Source of the DNA: a virus | Length of the DNA stretch: 64,000 bases | Virus record (IMG/VR): IMGVR_UViG_3300042446_000499 | Span: 1-64,000 of that record | Strand: one strand, 5' to 3' | In this document: positions 8,315 through 18,145 of the stretch, one piece after another | How positions within the stretch are numbered: position 1 is the stretch's first letter | Layout of the letters: each line of letters begins with the position of its first letter | Program-made: the position numbers and the translations under genes | Notes under the pieces: model-generated | What the model was told of the DNA's origin: nothing | Database searches by the model: none | Seen by the model: the letters and a program-made list of their open reading frames with translations, nothing else

Positions 8315-9443
8315 ATTATCCACACCCCCTGAGTCCAAAGCACAAGCCCTTGGCAAGTTAGTAGAAATCCTTGACCGTCAAAACATTGACATCAATGAAA
8401 TTGGTTCTGTAAAACGTGTAAGCCTTTATCAGTCATTGACTAAAGACCAAGATGGTGAAGCACAAATCCATGACCTTGCGGCTATTCAGTTCTCACCTAA
8501 GTGGGCAGAAGGTCCTGAGTGGGACCCTGTTAACCAAGGTCCTGCAATTAAGTTGCCTAAAGTTACTGTTAAACAGTCGGTGTCTACTTGGAAGAAATGT
8601 GTTGTTCTTCCTGACATCCAGGCTGGGTTCTTTCGTAATGCAAATGGAGAACTGGTCAGTACCCACGACCCAGTTGCAATGGACTACGCACTTGCAGTTA
8701 TCAAGGCAGAAAAGCCTGACATCGTAGCCCTCAACGGAGATAACGCTGACCTTCCAGAGATGTCAAAGTATCGGTTGAGTCCTGCGTTCTCTATGACTAC
8801 CCAAGCAACAATTGATTACCTAACCACGTTGTGCGCCCAAATCAGAGATGCGGCTCCTTATGCTCGTATTATCTGGATGGAAGGTAACCATGAGATTCGT
8901 CTTACGAACTACATCATTGACAATGCTAAAGCCGCATTTGGGTTGAAGCAGGGTAATACCCCTACCTCCTTCCCAGTGCTCTCTATTCCCTTCCTGTGCC
9001 GTTTTGAGGACTTTGGGGTGGAGTACTTCGCTGGATACCCAGCCAGCCAGTTTTGGCTAAACAACCGCATCAAGATTATCCATGGAACCAAGGTGGCTTC
9101 GGGTGGCTCTACCGCCCATAAGTACCTAGGCACAGAAAAGTCATCTGTGGTCTATGGTCATATTCACCGCCGTGAGTGGGCTGAGCGCACCCGTAGCGAC
9201 TGGGATGGTCCAAAGACCATTGCCGCCATCTCCTTTGGCTGTCTAGCCCGTGTGGACGGTATGGTGCCATCTACCAAGGGTGGCATGGACCTAGATGGTC
9301 GCCCAATCACCTGCGTAGAGGATTGGCAACAGGGGCTTGGGATTATTTACTACCAAGAGGGTGATGGTGCTTTCCACCCCGAAATGCTTCCAATCCATGA
9401 CGGAACCATGTTTTATAAGGGCAAGTTACTAGGTGTAGAATAG
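8295..9443 (+). CDS. Calcineurin-like metallophosphoesterase
   Basis: PDIQ, NGDNAD, GNHE, IIHG, GHIHR motifs. Confidence 0.85.
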   Translation: MSELADKLSTPPESKAQALGKLVEILDRQNIDINEIGSVKRVSLYQSLTKDQDGEAQIHDLAAIQFSPKWAEGPEWDPVNQGPAIKLPKVTVKQSVSTWKKCVVLPDIQAGFFRNANGELVSTHDPVAMDYALAVIKAEKPDIVALNGDNADLPEMSKYRLSPAFSMTTQATIDYLTTLCAQIRDAAPYARIIWMEGNHEIRLTNYIIDNAKAAFGLKQGNTPTSFPVLSIPFLCRFEDFGVEYFAGYPASQFWLNNRIKIIHGTKVASGGSTAHKYLGTEKSSVVYGHIHRREWAERTRSDWDGPKTIAAISFGCLARVDGMVPSTKGGMDLDGRPITCVEDWQQGLGIIYYQEGDGAFHPEMLPIHDGTMFYKGKLLGVE

Positions 9444-9447
9444 CCAA

Positions 9448-9744
9448 ATGGAACTTTTACCCGACTTCAAGAAATTCGTAGAATCTGTATTCGGGAAGAA
9501 GAACCCTACTAAACCTCCGCTTGTTGAGGTCCTTTGGTTAGACGCTTCCGACATTGAAAATGGTTGGTTTGGTCATGAAGAAATTCAAAAGGCTAAACCA
9601 GCAAAATCACTTTCAGTTGGTTATCTCATGCACAAAGATGCTGAGTGCATCAAGTTAGTGTCACTCATTAATGACACACATGCTGGAAATGGAATTATGA
9701 TTCCTGCGGGCATGGTAAAGAAGATTAATTACTTACACCGCTAA
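9448..9744 (+). CDS. Hypothetical protein
   Basis: VEVLWLDA..GW...SVGYL...IPAGMV motif common in phages; TAGAAT 6 nt upstream. Confidence 0.6.
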   Translation: MELLPDFKKFVESVFGKKNPTKPPLVEVLWLDASDIENGWFGHEEIQKAKPAKSLSVGYLMHKDAECIKLVSLINDTHAGNGIMIPAGMVKKINYLHR

Positions 9745-9785
9745 ACGTAGTATCATTGGGGTATCCCCTTCTATCAGGAGCATTC

Positions 9786-10088
9786 ATGGCTACAAAGAAC
9801 CAGCAAGTCGCAGACCAGACTCTCAAGGGAGCAGTCGTTGGCGCTCTCTCTTATTTCCTTGCTAAGGCAAACATTGACCCAGGCGCACAAGCCGCAATCA
9901 TGCCACTTGTTATCACTGGTCTTGCATATGCAAGCACACTTGTTGGTGACAAGGGAACGGCTAACTTCCTTACTAAGGCATCTGTAGAACTTCCTAAAAT
10001 TGTTGAAGAAGTTACTGCTGAAGTAGCAAAGAAAAAAGCACCTGCTAAAAAAGCACCTGCTAAAAAAACTACTGCTCCAAAAGCCTGA
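9786..10088 (+). CDS. Membrane protein with KKAPA-repeat tail (holin-like)
   Basis: AGGAG RBS; two hydrophobic segments; basic repeat tail. Confidence 0.55.
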   Translation: MATKNQQVADQTLKGAVVGALSYFLAKANIDPGAQAAIMPLVITGLAYASTLVGDKGTANFLTKASVELPKIVEEVTAEVAKKKAPAKKAPAKKTTAPKA

Positions 10089-10129
10089 AGTAAATAACTA
10101 CCAGTACTTGGTGGTAAGGTGTATGCAAC

Positions 10130-11821
10130 ATGGCAGTTGATTTTTGGTCCCCATCCTACAGAGCGTCTTCTAGCGACCTCACCGTTGCGATTTCTCCACT
10201 TGGTTTGGTGGAACTTGCAGACGAAGAGTTTGAAGTACATGGTCCACGCCTAAACCGCTACGCATCTGCATGGGCTTGGTACCTTGGTCACCACTGGTCT
10301 TACCGCCGTGAAATGGGTGAATCACAGTTCTACATGAACTATGTCCGTACGATGTCGGACTACATCACTAACTTTTGTTTTGGTAAAGGAATTCAATTCC
10401 GTTGTCCAGAGCAAAATGCCGCTATTATCCCCAGCCTTTTGCATGAAGTGTGGGATATGCATAACAACAAGCATTACGTTTTGTGGGAACTAGGACAACT
10501 TGCGTCGGTTACAGGAGATGCTTTTGTTAAAATTGCTTATGAAGAGCCATTTGTAGACTCTGTGGGTATCCCACATCCTGGTCGTATTCGTGTTGTTCCA
10601 CTGAACCCAGCGCATTGCTTTCCTGAGTATCACCCCCATGACCGTGACCGTCTTCTTCGCTTCAAGTTAAAGTACCGTTTTTGGGGTACATCTCCTGAAG
10701 GTACTCGTCAGGTTTACACTTTTACAGAAATCCTTTCTGATGACCTTGTACAGCAATTCATCAACGATGAATTAGTGGATGAGTATCCAAATGCACTTGG
10801 AACAATCCCAATCGTTCACATTCCTAATGTGACCATTTCGTCGTCGCCTTGGGGTCAATCAGACATTTGGGACATCATCCCACTTAATCGTGAACTTAAC
10901 GAAAAGATGGTTGAAGTTTCTGACATCATCAACTACCACGCCGCCCCCGTAACAATCATTACTGGTGCTAAGGCTTCCCAGTTGGAGCGTGGACCCAAGA
11001 AGGTTTGGGCGGGTCTTCCTAAAGATGCCAGCGTATTTAACCTTGAATCACGTGGCGAGATGTCTGGTGCACTGGAATACATCCAAGTAATTAAGCGCAC
11101 TATGCATGAGATTACTGGTGTGCCTGAAACGGCACTTGGTCAAATGCAACCAATTTCTAATACCTCTGGCGTTGCTTTGGCTATCCAGTATCAGCCAATG
11201 ATGAACCGCTTTAACATGAAGAAGATTCACTTCACTAAGGGTCTTGAGCGGATTAATGAAATCATTATCCGTACTGCGGCTGTATTTGAACCACAGATGT
11301 TGTTGTTTGATGGTTCTAAATCAGCAATGCCTGAGCCAGACCAACTAACACAGTTGGACCCACTTGACCCTCTGACTTATCACACTACTGTGCACTGGCC
11401 TGAGCCACTGCCAGTTGACGTTCTCATTAAACTCAACGAAGTCCAAGCCAAGATGCAACTTGGGCTGGAGTCTAAGCGTGGCGCTCTTCGCATTCTTGGC
11501 GAAGAATTCCCCAACGAAAAGATGGCAGAAATCTTTGAAGAACTGCAAGATGACGCCCTTGACCAAGGTGCTTTAGACATGATGCGAGCACAAATTCAAC
11601 AAGCCATTATGATGGCAACTGGCATGGTTTCTGGTGAATCAGGTGTTGAGCCAGCCTCTGCTGGAGGTGCTAATGTATCTACAACAGGTGCGGAAGCATC
11701 TGCCCCCCTCCCTGGGGTCGGTGCCGCTATCGGCATTGAAGGGGAACTCGTAAATAAAATTGTAAGTAAGGCTTACGGTGCAAGGTTCGCCCAGCGTCGT
11801 AATCCTGACGAAGATAACTAA
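10130..11821 (+). CDS. Portal protein
   Basis: 563 aa; IPIVHIPN..PWGQSD, SGVALAIQYQP SPP1-gp6-like motifs; precedes scaffold and capsid. Confidence 0.88.
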   Translation: MAVDFWSPSYRASSSDLTVAISPLGLVELADEEFEVHGPRLNRYASAWAWYLGHHWSYRREMGESQFYMNYVRTMSDYITNFCFGKGIQFRCPEQNAAIIPSLLHEVWDMHNNKHYVLWELGQLASVTGDAFVKIAYEEPFVDSVGIPHPGRIRVVPLNPAHCFPEYHPHDRDRLLRFKLKYRFWGTSPEGTRQVYTFTEILSDDLVQQFINDELVDEYPNALGTIPIVHIPNVTISSSPWGQSDIWDIIPLNRELNEKMVEVSDIINYHAAPVTIITGAKASQLERGPKKVWAGLPKDASVFNLESRGEMSGALEYIQVIKRTMHEITGVPETALGQMQPISNTSGVALAIQYQPMMNRFNMKKIHFTKGLERINEIIIRTAAVFEPQMLLFDGSKSAMPEPDQLTQLDPLDPLTYHTTVHWPEPLPVDVLIKLNEVQAKMQLGLESKRGALRILGEEFPNEKMAEIFEELQDDALDQGALDMMRAQIQQAIMMATGMVSGESGVEPASAGGANVSTTGAEASAPLPGVGAAIGIEGELVNKIVSKAYGARFAQRRNPDEDN

Positions 11822-11874
11822 ACGTTTCACAACATAAGTTCCAATTAGCCAAACAAACAAGGTAGGTAACCACT

Positions 11875-12684
11875 ATGGCAAAGAACCCTAATATCCCCGA
11901 AGGGGACATCATTACAGTCCCAGTTGACTCCCCCCAAGTGGAGCAATTTGTAGAGGATGCAATGAAAAAAAGCAATTCCAAACTCTTTTCTGAGGATGAA
12001 GTAGAAGGCATCCGTAAGCAGGAAAAAGACAAGATGTACAAGCGTCTTGAAGAAGCCGATACACGAGTAAAGGCAATGGAAGAGCAACTTGGTATTATCA
12101 CGACTGAACGTGAAAAAGCCATGGAAGAAGCAGAGAAACGTGCCGCTAAAGAATCAGAACTTATCCGTGAGCGTGAAACTTCTGAACTAAGTGCAAAAGA
12201 ACTCCTTCTAAAGCGTGAAGACGAATTCAACGTAAAGTTGTCTCAGATTGAGCAAGATTACAAAAAGCGTTTTGACGAGATTGAACACCAGCGTTCTCAG
12301 CAAGAAGCACTGCTTGAAAAAGAACGTGAAATGCAGGCTTTGCAGTCATATCGCAGTCGTCGTTTGAACGAAGAGCAAGAAGCAATCATTCCAGAACTTA
12401 TTGACCTCATTGCTGGAAACAGTCAAGAGGAAATAGAAAACTCAATCGCTGTGCTTCGTACACGAAGTAGTGCTATTATTGAGTCAATCCAACAAGCAAC
12501 TCAGCAACAGCAGGGTCGCTTGAGGGGAGTGCCTCCAACGGCACCTCCCGTTGGGCCAATGGAGAATCAAACGGAATACCAAACGCTTACAGCCGAAGAT
12601 ATTCGGAATATGCCAATGGAACAGTATGCAAAGATGCGTGAACGGCTCATGAATGCCACCCCCTCTCGTAGGGGTCGGTACTAA
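11875..12684 (+). CDS. Capsid scaffolding protein
   Basis: Glu/Lys coiled coil, C-terminal IRNMPMEQYAKMR, directly upstream of capsid. Confidence 0.75.
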   Translation: MAKNPNIPEGDIITVPVDSPQVEQFVEDAMKKSNSKLFSEDEVEGIRKQEKDKMYKRLEEADTRVKAMEEQLGIITTEREKAMEEAEKRAAKESELIRERETSELSAKELLLKREDEFNVKLSQIEQDYKKRFDEIEHQRSQQEALLEKEREMQALQSYRSRRLNEEQEAIIPELIDLIAGNSQEEIENSIAVLRTRSSAIIESIQQATQQQQGRLRGVPPTAPPVGPMENQTEYQTLTAEDIRNMPMEQYAKMRERLMNATPSRRGRY

Positions 12685-12717
12685 CTTATAACAAATATTA
12701 TCCTAGGAGGATAAACA

Positions 12718-13806
12718 ATGGCCCTTCCAGCCCCACTTGGTGGAGCAATTACAGGAGCAGGTCTTGGTGCAATTACCACCACAGGCTACTCAAGTGATTC
12801 AACACTTTCCCCAGCAATCCAGACAATTTGGTCCAAAGAAATCTTGTTCCAAGCAATGCCAGTACTTCGTTTTGAGCAGTTTGCAGTTAAGAAGACAGAA
12901 CTTGGTGTTATGCCAGGTCTCACAATTAACTTCATGCGCTACAACAACCTTTCGGTTAACGAGCAAACAGGCGCACAGTTGGTTGAAGGCGTTCGCATGG
13001 AGCCAGTGGCTCTCTCTGCTAGCCAGATTCAAATCACTGTTAAAGAACAAGGTCAAGCAACTGCTGTAACCGAATTGCTTCTTAACGCATCATTTGATGA
13101 CGTTATGGCTTCGGCTTCACGTCTCCTTGGTCGTCACATGGCTCAGTCAATGGACGCCCAGGCACGTAACACGCTTTACTCTGCTGGTATCCCATTTGGT
13201 GGCGGTTCCGCTGTTGCTCCAAACGTTGTGTTTGGTCGTACAGCCGCTACTACCCGTGGTGCTATCTCGCCTTATGATGCAGGTACTCTTGGTGCTTCTG
13301 CTTCTCCTGGCTACATGTCACCTGCTTCCATCAAGGACGCAGTTGAAGTACTTGCTGGACAGAACATTCCTCGCCTTGGTGATACTTACGTATGTTTCGT
13401 TCACCCTTCACAGAGCCGTTCAATCCGTGACTGGCCTGAATTCATTGAAGTAACAAAGTATGCCGCTCCAGGTAACTTCATGCTTGGTGAAATTGGTCGT
13501 CTCTATGACGTAGTATTCATTGAAACCACACAGGTCTTGAAGACTTCATCGCTTGGTTCAGGCGTTGTTGACATCAACACAGCATCTGCTGGCGCTCAAG
13601 AGCCTTCGGCTGACTCATACTCAGCCATCATGATTGGTGACAACGCCTTCGGACAAGCCATTGCATTGCCAGTGGAACTCCGTGACGGTGGCGTCATTGA
13701 CTTTGGTCGTGAGCATGGACTTGCTTGGTACGCAATCTGGGGCTTCGGTGTCATCACCGCAGAATCCCGTGTACTTATCAACACCCTCGGTGGCGCAATC
13801 TCCTGA
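12718..13806 (+). CDS. Major capsid protein (N4-gp56-like)
   Basis: YVCFVHP, GEIGRLYDVVFIET, DFGREHGLAWYAIWG motifs; AGGAGG RBS; biased codon usage. Confidence 0.9.
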   Translation: MALPAPLGGAITGAGLGAITTTGYSSDSTLSPAIQTIWSKEILFQAMPVLRFEQFAVKKTELGVMPGLTINFMRYNNLSVNEQTGAQLVEGVRMEPVALSASQIQITVKEQGQATAVTELLLNASFDDVMASASRLLGRHMAQSMDAQARNTLYSAGIPFGGGSAVAPNVVFGRTAATTRGAISPYDAGTLGASASPGYMSPASIKDAVEVLAGQNIPRLGDTYVCFVHPSQSRSIRDWPEFIEVTKYAAPGNFMLGEIGRLYDVVFIETTQVLKTSSLGSGVVDINTASAGAQEPSADSYSAIMIGDNAFGQAIALPVELRDGGVIDFGREHGLAWYAIWGFGVITAESRVLINTLGGAIS

Positions 13807-13824
13807 TAAAGGAGTGAGCAATTG

Positions 13825-13850
13825 GTGGGGGACGCAAGTCCCCCACTTTC
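13825..13850 (+). terminator. Stem-loop after capsid gene (GTGGGGGAC-GCAA-GTCCCCCAC-TTT)
   Basis: Perfect 9-bp stem, GNRA loop, short U-tract. Confidence 0.75.
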
Positions 13851-13881
13851 ACCAAAACCCCAACTACAAAAAGGACCCCAC

Positions 13882-14118
13882 GTGTCAACTACTCGTAAGA
13901 CAAATGTATTTGCAGAACCTATCTCTGATGAAGAAGAAGTTATTGCAACTCCTGCACCGTCAACAAACCCTGACCTCAAGCGTTCACGCATCAAAGGTAC
14001 ATGGGCTATGTACTGGGCTGGCAAGACTTATAATTTTGAGGATGGCAAAACATATACCATCCCCGTTGGTCTTTTTGAACACTTAAAGGCACACGGAAAC
14101 ATCTACGACACTCTCTGA
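13882..14118 (+). CDS. Small head-associated hypothetical protein
   Basis: AAGGA RBS, GTG start after the hairpin. Confidence 0.6.
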   Translation: MSTTRKTNVFAEPISDEEEVIATPAPSTNPDLKRSRIKGTWAMYWAGKTYNFEDGKTYTIPVGLFEHLKAHGNIYDTL

Positions 14119-14126
14119 GGTAACTA

Positions 14127-14954
14127 ATGGGTTTCCAAATCCCGAACGCTCCACTTGCTTCTGTAATTGACCAGTCTGAGCCTGATAGTGGAGACTTCCA
14201 AGCCCTCGGTGACCGTAAGACTGGTGTTATTTCTGGTTGCTTAGTTGCCGCCAACTCAACCCCTGACCAAACTGTTACTGTCGCTAATGGTGAAGTAATT
14301 TCTAATGGAGTATTTCGTACTCTCGTTGCAGGTAGTGGTACCACAACTTCTTTGTCATTAGGTCAAGGAACCGCAGGCGCCGCTCGTTTTGATATTGTTG
14401 TAATTAACTCAACAGGAACTTTAACTGCTCGTACAGGTACTGCTGGGTCTAACCCAACCTTTCCAACTCTAGAAGATGGTGATGTCTTTCTAGCCGCTGT
14501 TTATCGTGCCTCTGGTACTTCTGACATTATCTCAAGTACTCGTATTATTGATAAAAGAGTTATTACTCCAAGTAGCATGGTGCGTTCAGGAGCACTTACT
14601 GCTCCAAACCCACCTTCAAGCACTTTGGGCAATGTTGGTGACATCTTTGTTAACACATCAGTGTCTTCTTCTACTGGTCAATCTCAGGTATACCTTAAAA
14701 CTACTTCTTCTCTATGGGAAAACCTTGCTGAGTATTACCCAATTGCTACTGCAAACACTGTTAACACCCTTGTTCAACGTGACGGTAGTGGTAACTTCTC
14801 TGCTGGAACTATTACAGCAAACCTTACTGGTACAGCCACGGCTGCTCCATGGACAGGTATTACAGGCAGACCAACTGTTGGAAACGTTACTGTAGGAACT
14901 TCTGCAACACCAAGCGGTGGCGCTGCTGGTGACATTTACATCCAGGTAGCGTAA
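14127..14954 (+). CDS. Virion structural protein (decoration/fibre base)
   Basis: GVISGC, RFDIVV, LAAVY..IIDKR, VQRDGSGNFSAGTITA motifs. Confidence 0.6.
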   Translation: MGFQIPNAPLASVIDQSEPDSGDFQALGDRKTGVISGCLVAANSTPDQTVTVANGEVISNGVFRTLVAGSGTTTSLSLGQGTAGAARFDIVVINSTGTLTARTGTAGSNPTFPTLEDGDVFLAAVYRASGTSDIISSTRIIDKRVITPSSMVRSGALTAPNPPSSTLGNVGDIFVNTSVSSSTGQSQVYLKTTSSLWENLAEYYPIATANTVNTLVQRDGSGNFSAGTITANLTGTATAAPWTGITGRPTVGNVTVGTSATPSGGAAGDIYIQVA

Positions 14955-16039
14955 TGCCTAGCAGTAATAGCCATACACCTAAAGGGTGGGCTACTGGCGC
15001 TGGTGGGTTTACTTCTTGGGTAAACGTTAAGGTTTATCAAAGCGGTTGGCAAAACGCTAAAAAAGTGTTTCGTTGTATTTCTCCAGGTGTTTGGACAGAG
15101 GTTTGGAGCAACCGACCAGTAGTCACTACTGCCGCAGGTACATCATCTGCATTTGACAGAATTACTGCCAACGGTGCAGTTAACCCTAACAACTTTTCTG
15201 CTACCCCTCGTTTTTACTACAAAAAGAATGCAGATGGTGCGTACACCGCAGGCACAGAACTTACTGCTCTTACGGGTGCTACATCCCAAGATGTAACATC
15301 TACTATTACTGGATTAGTGGAAAACACTACATACAATTATTACTTATCAGCAACAAACTCCGCAGGTACTAGTGATATCCCAACGGTTAGAAACGTTACA
15401 ACGCCTTTAGATTGTCGTACTGTTGCCAATGGTGGCACAGGATGGGGTTCGTCTTCTTCAAGTGTTGGTGCACTTTGTGGAACATGTGGAAGTAAGACAG
15501 TTACTACAACAACTTACACAAAAAGTGGATGCGAACCCACCTCTCCATATAACGTAGTTTCTGAGACTACTTGTACAGAAGATGCGTGTGGGTGTAAAAC
15601 GGCTGGTACTAATGGCTGGACCAACAAAGCACAAGAAACACGAGTAGTCCACTGTGGTAGTTACTGCAATGGTCAAAACCAATACCGCCAAGTTATAGAA
15701 AAAGCAGGATGTACGGACCATGTTGCTACCGATTGGACCAACACAGGTGAATGTACTGACCGAGTAACTTCACAAAATGCCAATAATTTACCAAATGGGT
15801 GGGTAATGTGGATGGAAAGATACGGATACGGACAAGCAGATAACAGAAAAGTAGTTGTTTACCCAAGCAGTAGGCAACCTTTTAGCCCGTATAACTATGT
15901 TTTTGGAGATGACACGTACTGTTACAGTTGTTTTCTTCCTTATGGAGGTTGTAACTATGGGGTTACATATAGTGTGGTTTTGTGTCCAATAACATCTGCT
16001 TACTATTGGGTAGATTCAAGTTGTACGGCAGATTTGTAA
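14954..16039 (+). CDS. FN3-like plus Cys-rich virion fibre protein
   Basis: ITGLVENTTYNYYLSATNSAG is an FN3 signature; many Cys in C-terminal half. Confidence 0.6.
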   Translation: MPSSNSHTPKGWATGAGGFTSWVNVKVYQSGWQNAKKVFRCISPGVWTEVWSNRPVVTTAAGTSSAFDRITANGAVNPNNFSATPRFYYKKNADGAYTAGTELTALTGATSQDVTSTITGLVENTTYNYYLSATNSAGTSDIPTVRNVTTPLDCRTVANGGTGWGSSSSSVGALCGTCGSKTVTTTTYTKSGCEPTSPYNVVSETTCTEDACGCKTAGTNGWTNKAQETRVVHCGSYCNGQNQYRQVIEKAGCTDHVATDWTNTGECTDRVTSQNANNLPNGWVMWMERYGYGQADNRKVVVYPSSRQPFSPYNYVFGDDTYCYSCFLPYGGCNYGVTYSVVLCPITSAYYWVDSSCTADL

Positions 16040-16074
16040 TAACTAAAAGTAATAAAAACTTAAAGGATTATTAA

Positions 16075-16338
16075 ATGGATTATATTGTTGTTGTTGTTGA
16101 AGGTGATGTTGCTTTTAGCATCCCTATTCCAAAAGAAGGAAACATGCGTGAACTAATGGTTTCTGCATACTTTTCAAACCCTACGTTTGTTTTACATGAT
16201 AAAGATTTAGTGTATGGGTCTGAGTGGGACGGAAAAGAATTTACAACAGTCGTAGAAAGACCCGTATACACGGGACCCATTGGCAGTGTTGGTGACACTT
16301 GGGACGGGGAAAAATTTATACCTAAGGGGAAACAATGA
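16075..16338 (+). CDS. Hypothetical protein (WDG repeat, fibre-associated)
   Basis: YGSEWDGKEF / VGDTWDGEKF duplication. Confidence 0.6.
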   Translation: MDYIVVVVEGDVAFSIPIPKEGNMRELMVSAYFSNPTFVLHDKDLVYGSEWDGKEFTTVVERPVYTGPIGSVGDTWDGEKFIPKGKQ

Positions 16339-16577
16339 GTTTGTGGCAAGAGTGGAAGGCTAAAAACCTTGCACAGCAAGAACAAGGCAACGTCTCTCCT
16401 TTAGATTTTCTGAACCCTGAAACTGAATATGTAGATGTTGAAACAGCAGATAATCGTTTATCTATATGTGAATCCTGCCCCGAGTTGATGACTACCAAAC
16501 AGTGCTCTCTGTGCTATTGCTTCATGCCTGCTAAAGTTAAATTGTTACATTCTGCGTGTCCAAAGGAGTTATGGTGA
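16335..16577 (+). CDS. Small Cys-rich metal-binding protein
   Basis: RLSICESCP..QCSLCYCFMPAK..ACP..W. Confidence 0.7.
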   Translation: MSLWQEWKAKNLAQQEQGNVSPLDFLNPETEYVDVETADNRLSICESCPELMTTKQCSLCYCFMPAKVKLLHSACPKELW

Positions 16578-16732
16578 CTGATTTAGTACGCCCCATATCT
16601 ACACCTTCTGGCTCTGTGACGGACATTACACGTATTCGTGGGGTAATGACACACCGTTATCGTGAATCTCAACCACAGGTAAATCAACCTACTCAAGACA
16701 CCATTCCAGGCGAAAGTTCAGGAGAGCAGTAA
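16574..16732 (+). CDS. Small hypothetical protein (52 aa, MTDLVRPISTPSG...)
   Basis: Not in track; AAAGGAG RBS, GTGA overlap, fills the gap. Confidence 0.6.
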   Translation: MTDLVRPISTPSGSVTDITRIRGVMTHRYRESQPQVNQPTQDTIPGESSGEQ

Positions 16733-16740
16733 AATAGAGT

Positions 16741-17544
16741 ATGGCTACTTTAACCCCACTTGAACACACAATGCAGTTGGCACGTACATACCTTCGTGAC
16801 TTCCCTAAATTCTTCCAAGTATCTTTTGATGCTGTTGGTCGTACTTACGAGTTAGGACAAACTAATGTTGACAGTAGTACTTTGTGGATTGCTAGCACTA
16901 CTGGTGCCAGCGCAACTGAACTAACCACTAGTCAGTACAGCATTGATAACCGTAACGGTATATTACGGCTAGCGGCAACTCCAGCAGCCAATACTAAGAT
17001 TATGATTGAAGGGTACTACTATGAGTGGATTCTTCCTGAAGACCTTCAGTTTTACTCAGAACGCTCTATCAACTTCCACACCCCTACTATCAGTGTTCCA
17101 CTAGAGCAGGCTAACGCCGCTGTGTTGGACGTAGTGGGTCTAGGAGCGCTTGTGGAGGCTCTACAGGCTCTTATGACAGAATACGCCCGTGACATTGACA
17201 TCATGACCTCAGAGTCCGTACACATCCCTGCAAGTGCTCGTTTCCGTATGCTCCAAAGCCTCTGTCAGCAATGGGAAGTTGAATATCGTAAGCATGCCAA
17301 TAACCTCAACATTGGTCCTGAGCGTATTGAGCAGTTCAGCCTCCGCCGTGTGTCTCGTACTACTAACCGCTACGTTCCTTTGTTTAAAGCCAAGGAACTG
17401 GGTGACTATGGTCCGATTGAGCGCATCTTTGCTGATGATAGTGAAGGACACATTTTGCTTACTGCTAAAGATGAGCCATTGCGTGAGGATGTCTTTATTG
17501 ACATGGAACCTCCATACGGATACGTGTCTAATACCTTTATCTAA
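16741..17544 (+). CDS. Head-tail adaptor/neck protein
   Basis: Position; TAAAAT 5 nt upstream of ATG. Confidence 0.55.
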   Translation: MATLTPLEHTMQLARTYLRDFPKFFQVSFDAVGRTYELGQTNVDSSTLWIASTTGASATELTTSQYSIDNRNGILRLAATPAANTKIMIEGYYYEWILPEDLQFYSERSINFHTPTISVPLEQANAAVLDVVGLGALVEALQALMTEYARDIDIMTSESVHIPASARFRMLQSLCQQWEVEYRKHANNLNIGPERIEQFSLRRVSRTTNRYVPLFKAKELGDYGPIERIFADDSEGHILLTAKDEPLREDVFIDMEPPYGYVSNTFI

Positions 17545-18080
17545 TGGATGTACGTAGAGAACTAGCCCATATTCGGAAGCACTACCGTACTTACCACCGT
17601 GAGGTTGGTGAGACGATAACGTGGTTTGAATACCAACCATTTGCCGCATCTGCTAGTGCAGGCTCTACATACGATGATGTCTACGATGAGGGCGGATACG
17701 GTGTATCTGGTCGTAAGTATAAGACTGGTGTAGTAGTTCCTGTCTTGATGGTTACAGAGGCTGAAGACACCAAACGTGCTATCCCTGAAGGTCGCCAGCC
17801 TGTGCAGATTGTCAACCTTGTGGCATCTGTAGAGGATTTCCGTGTTGCAGGTATTACAGACCCCTTTGAGTACAAGCACCACCTTAATGACGTGTTCCTT
17901 TACGACGGACGCTATATGTCCGTAATGTCCTACAAAGTTCGTGGACGTGCTAGAGATGACGTCCTTATTGTTGTTGAAGGTTTGGAAATCTATGTCAGTC
18001 AGGAAATGCCTTTTGACACAGGACCTTCTGCTTTTTCCATTCAAAACCTACCTTGGCCTTCAAGGTTGTCTGGTACCTGA
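17544..18080 (+). CDS. Head closure/neck protein
   Basis: Position; TAATG coupling; DDVYDEG motif. Confidence 0.5.
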   Translation: MDVRRELAHIRKHYRTYHREVGETITWFEYQPFAASASAGSTYDDVYDEGGYGVSGRKYKTGVVVPVLMVTEAEDTKRAIPEGRQPVQIVNLVASVEDFRVAGITDPFEYKHHLNDVFLYDGRYMSVMSYKVRGRARDDVLIVVEGLEIYVSQEMPFDTGPSAFSIQNLPWPSRLSGT

Positions 18081-18115
18081 TAAAATGAATGTAACCCATA
18101 CGGTGCTCGTATGGG
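18081..18115 (+). promoter_or_regulatory. -10 (TAAAAT) followed by leader hairpin CCCATACG-GTGCT-CGTATGGG
   Basis: Perfect 8-bp inverted repeat in intergenic gap. Confidence 0.5.
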
Positions 18116-18145
18116 GGTCCAACGCCTAGAACTCGGGAGTGTGCC

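Noticed and set aside
10027-10088. Possible frameshift at A-runs in the KKAPA tail
   Set aside because: No following stimulatory hairpin or useful extension frame seen; A-runs explained by Lys codons
17209-18044. Antisense ORFs of 146-160 aa over neck genes (and similar ones throughout)
   Set aside because: Fully overlap well-supported plus-strand genes; typical antisense shadows
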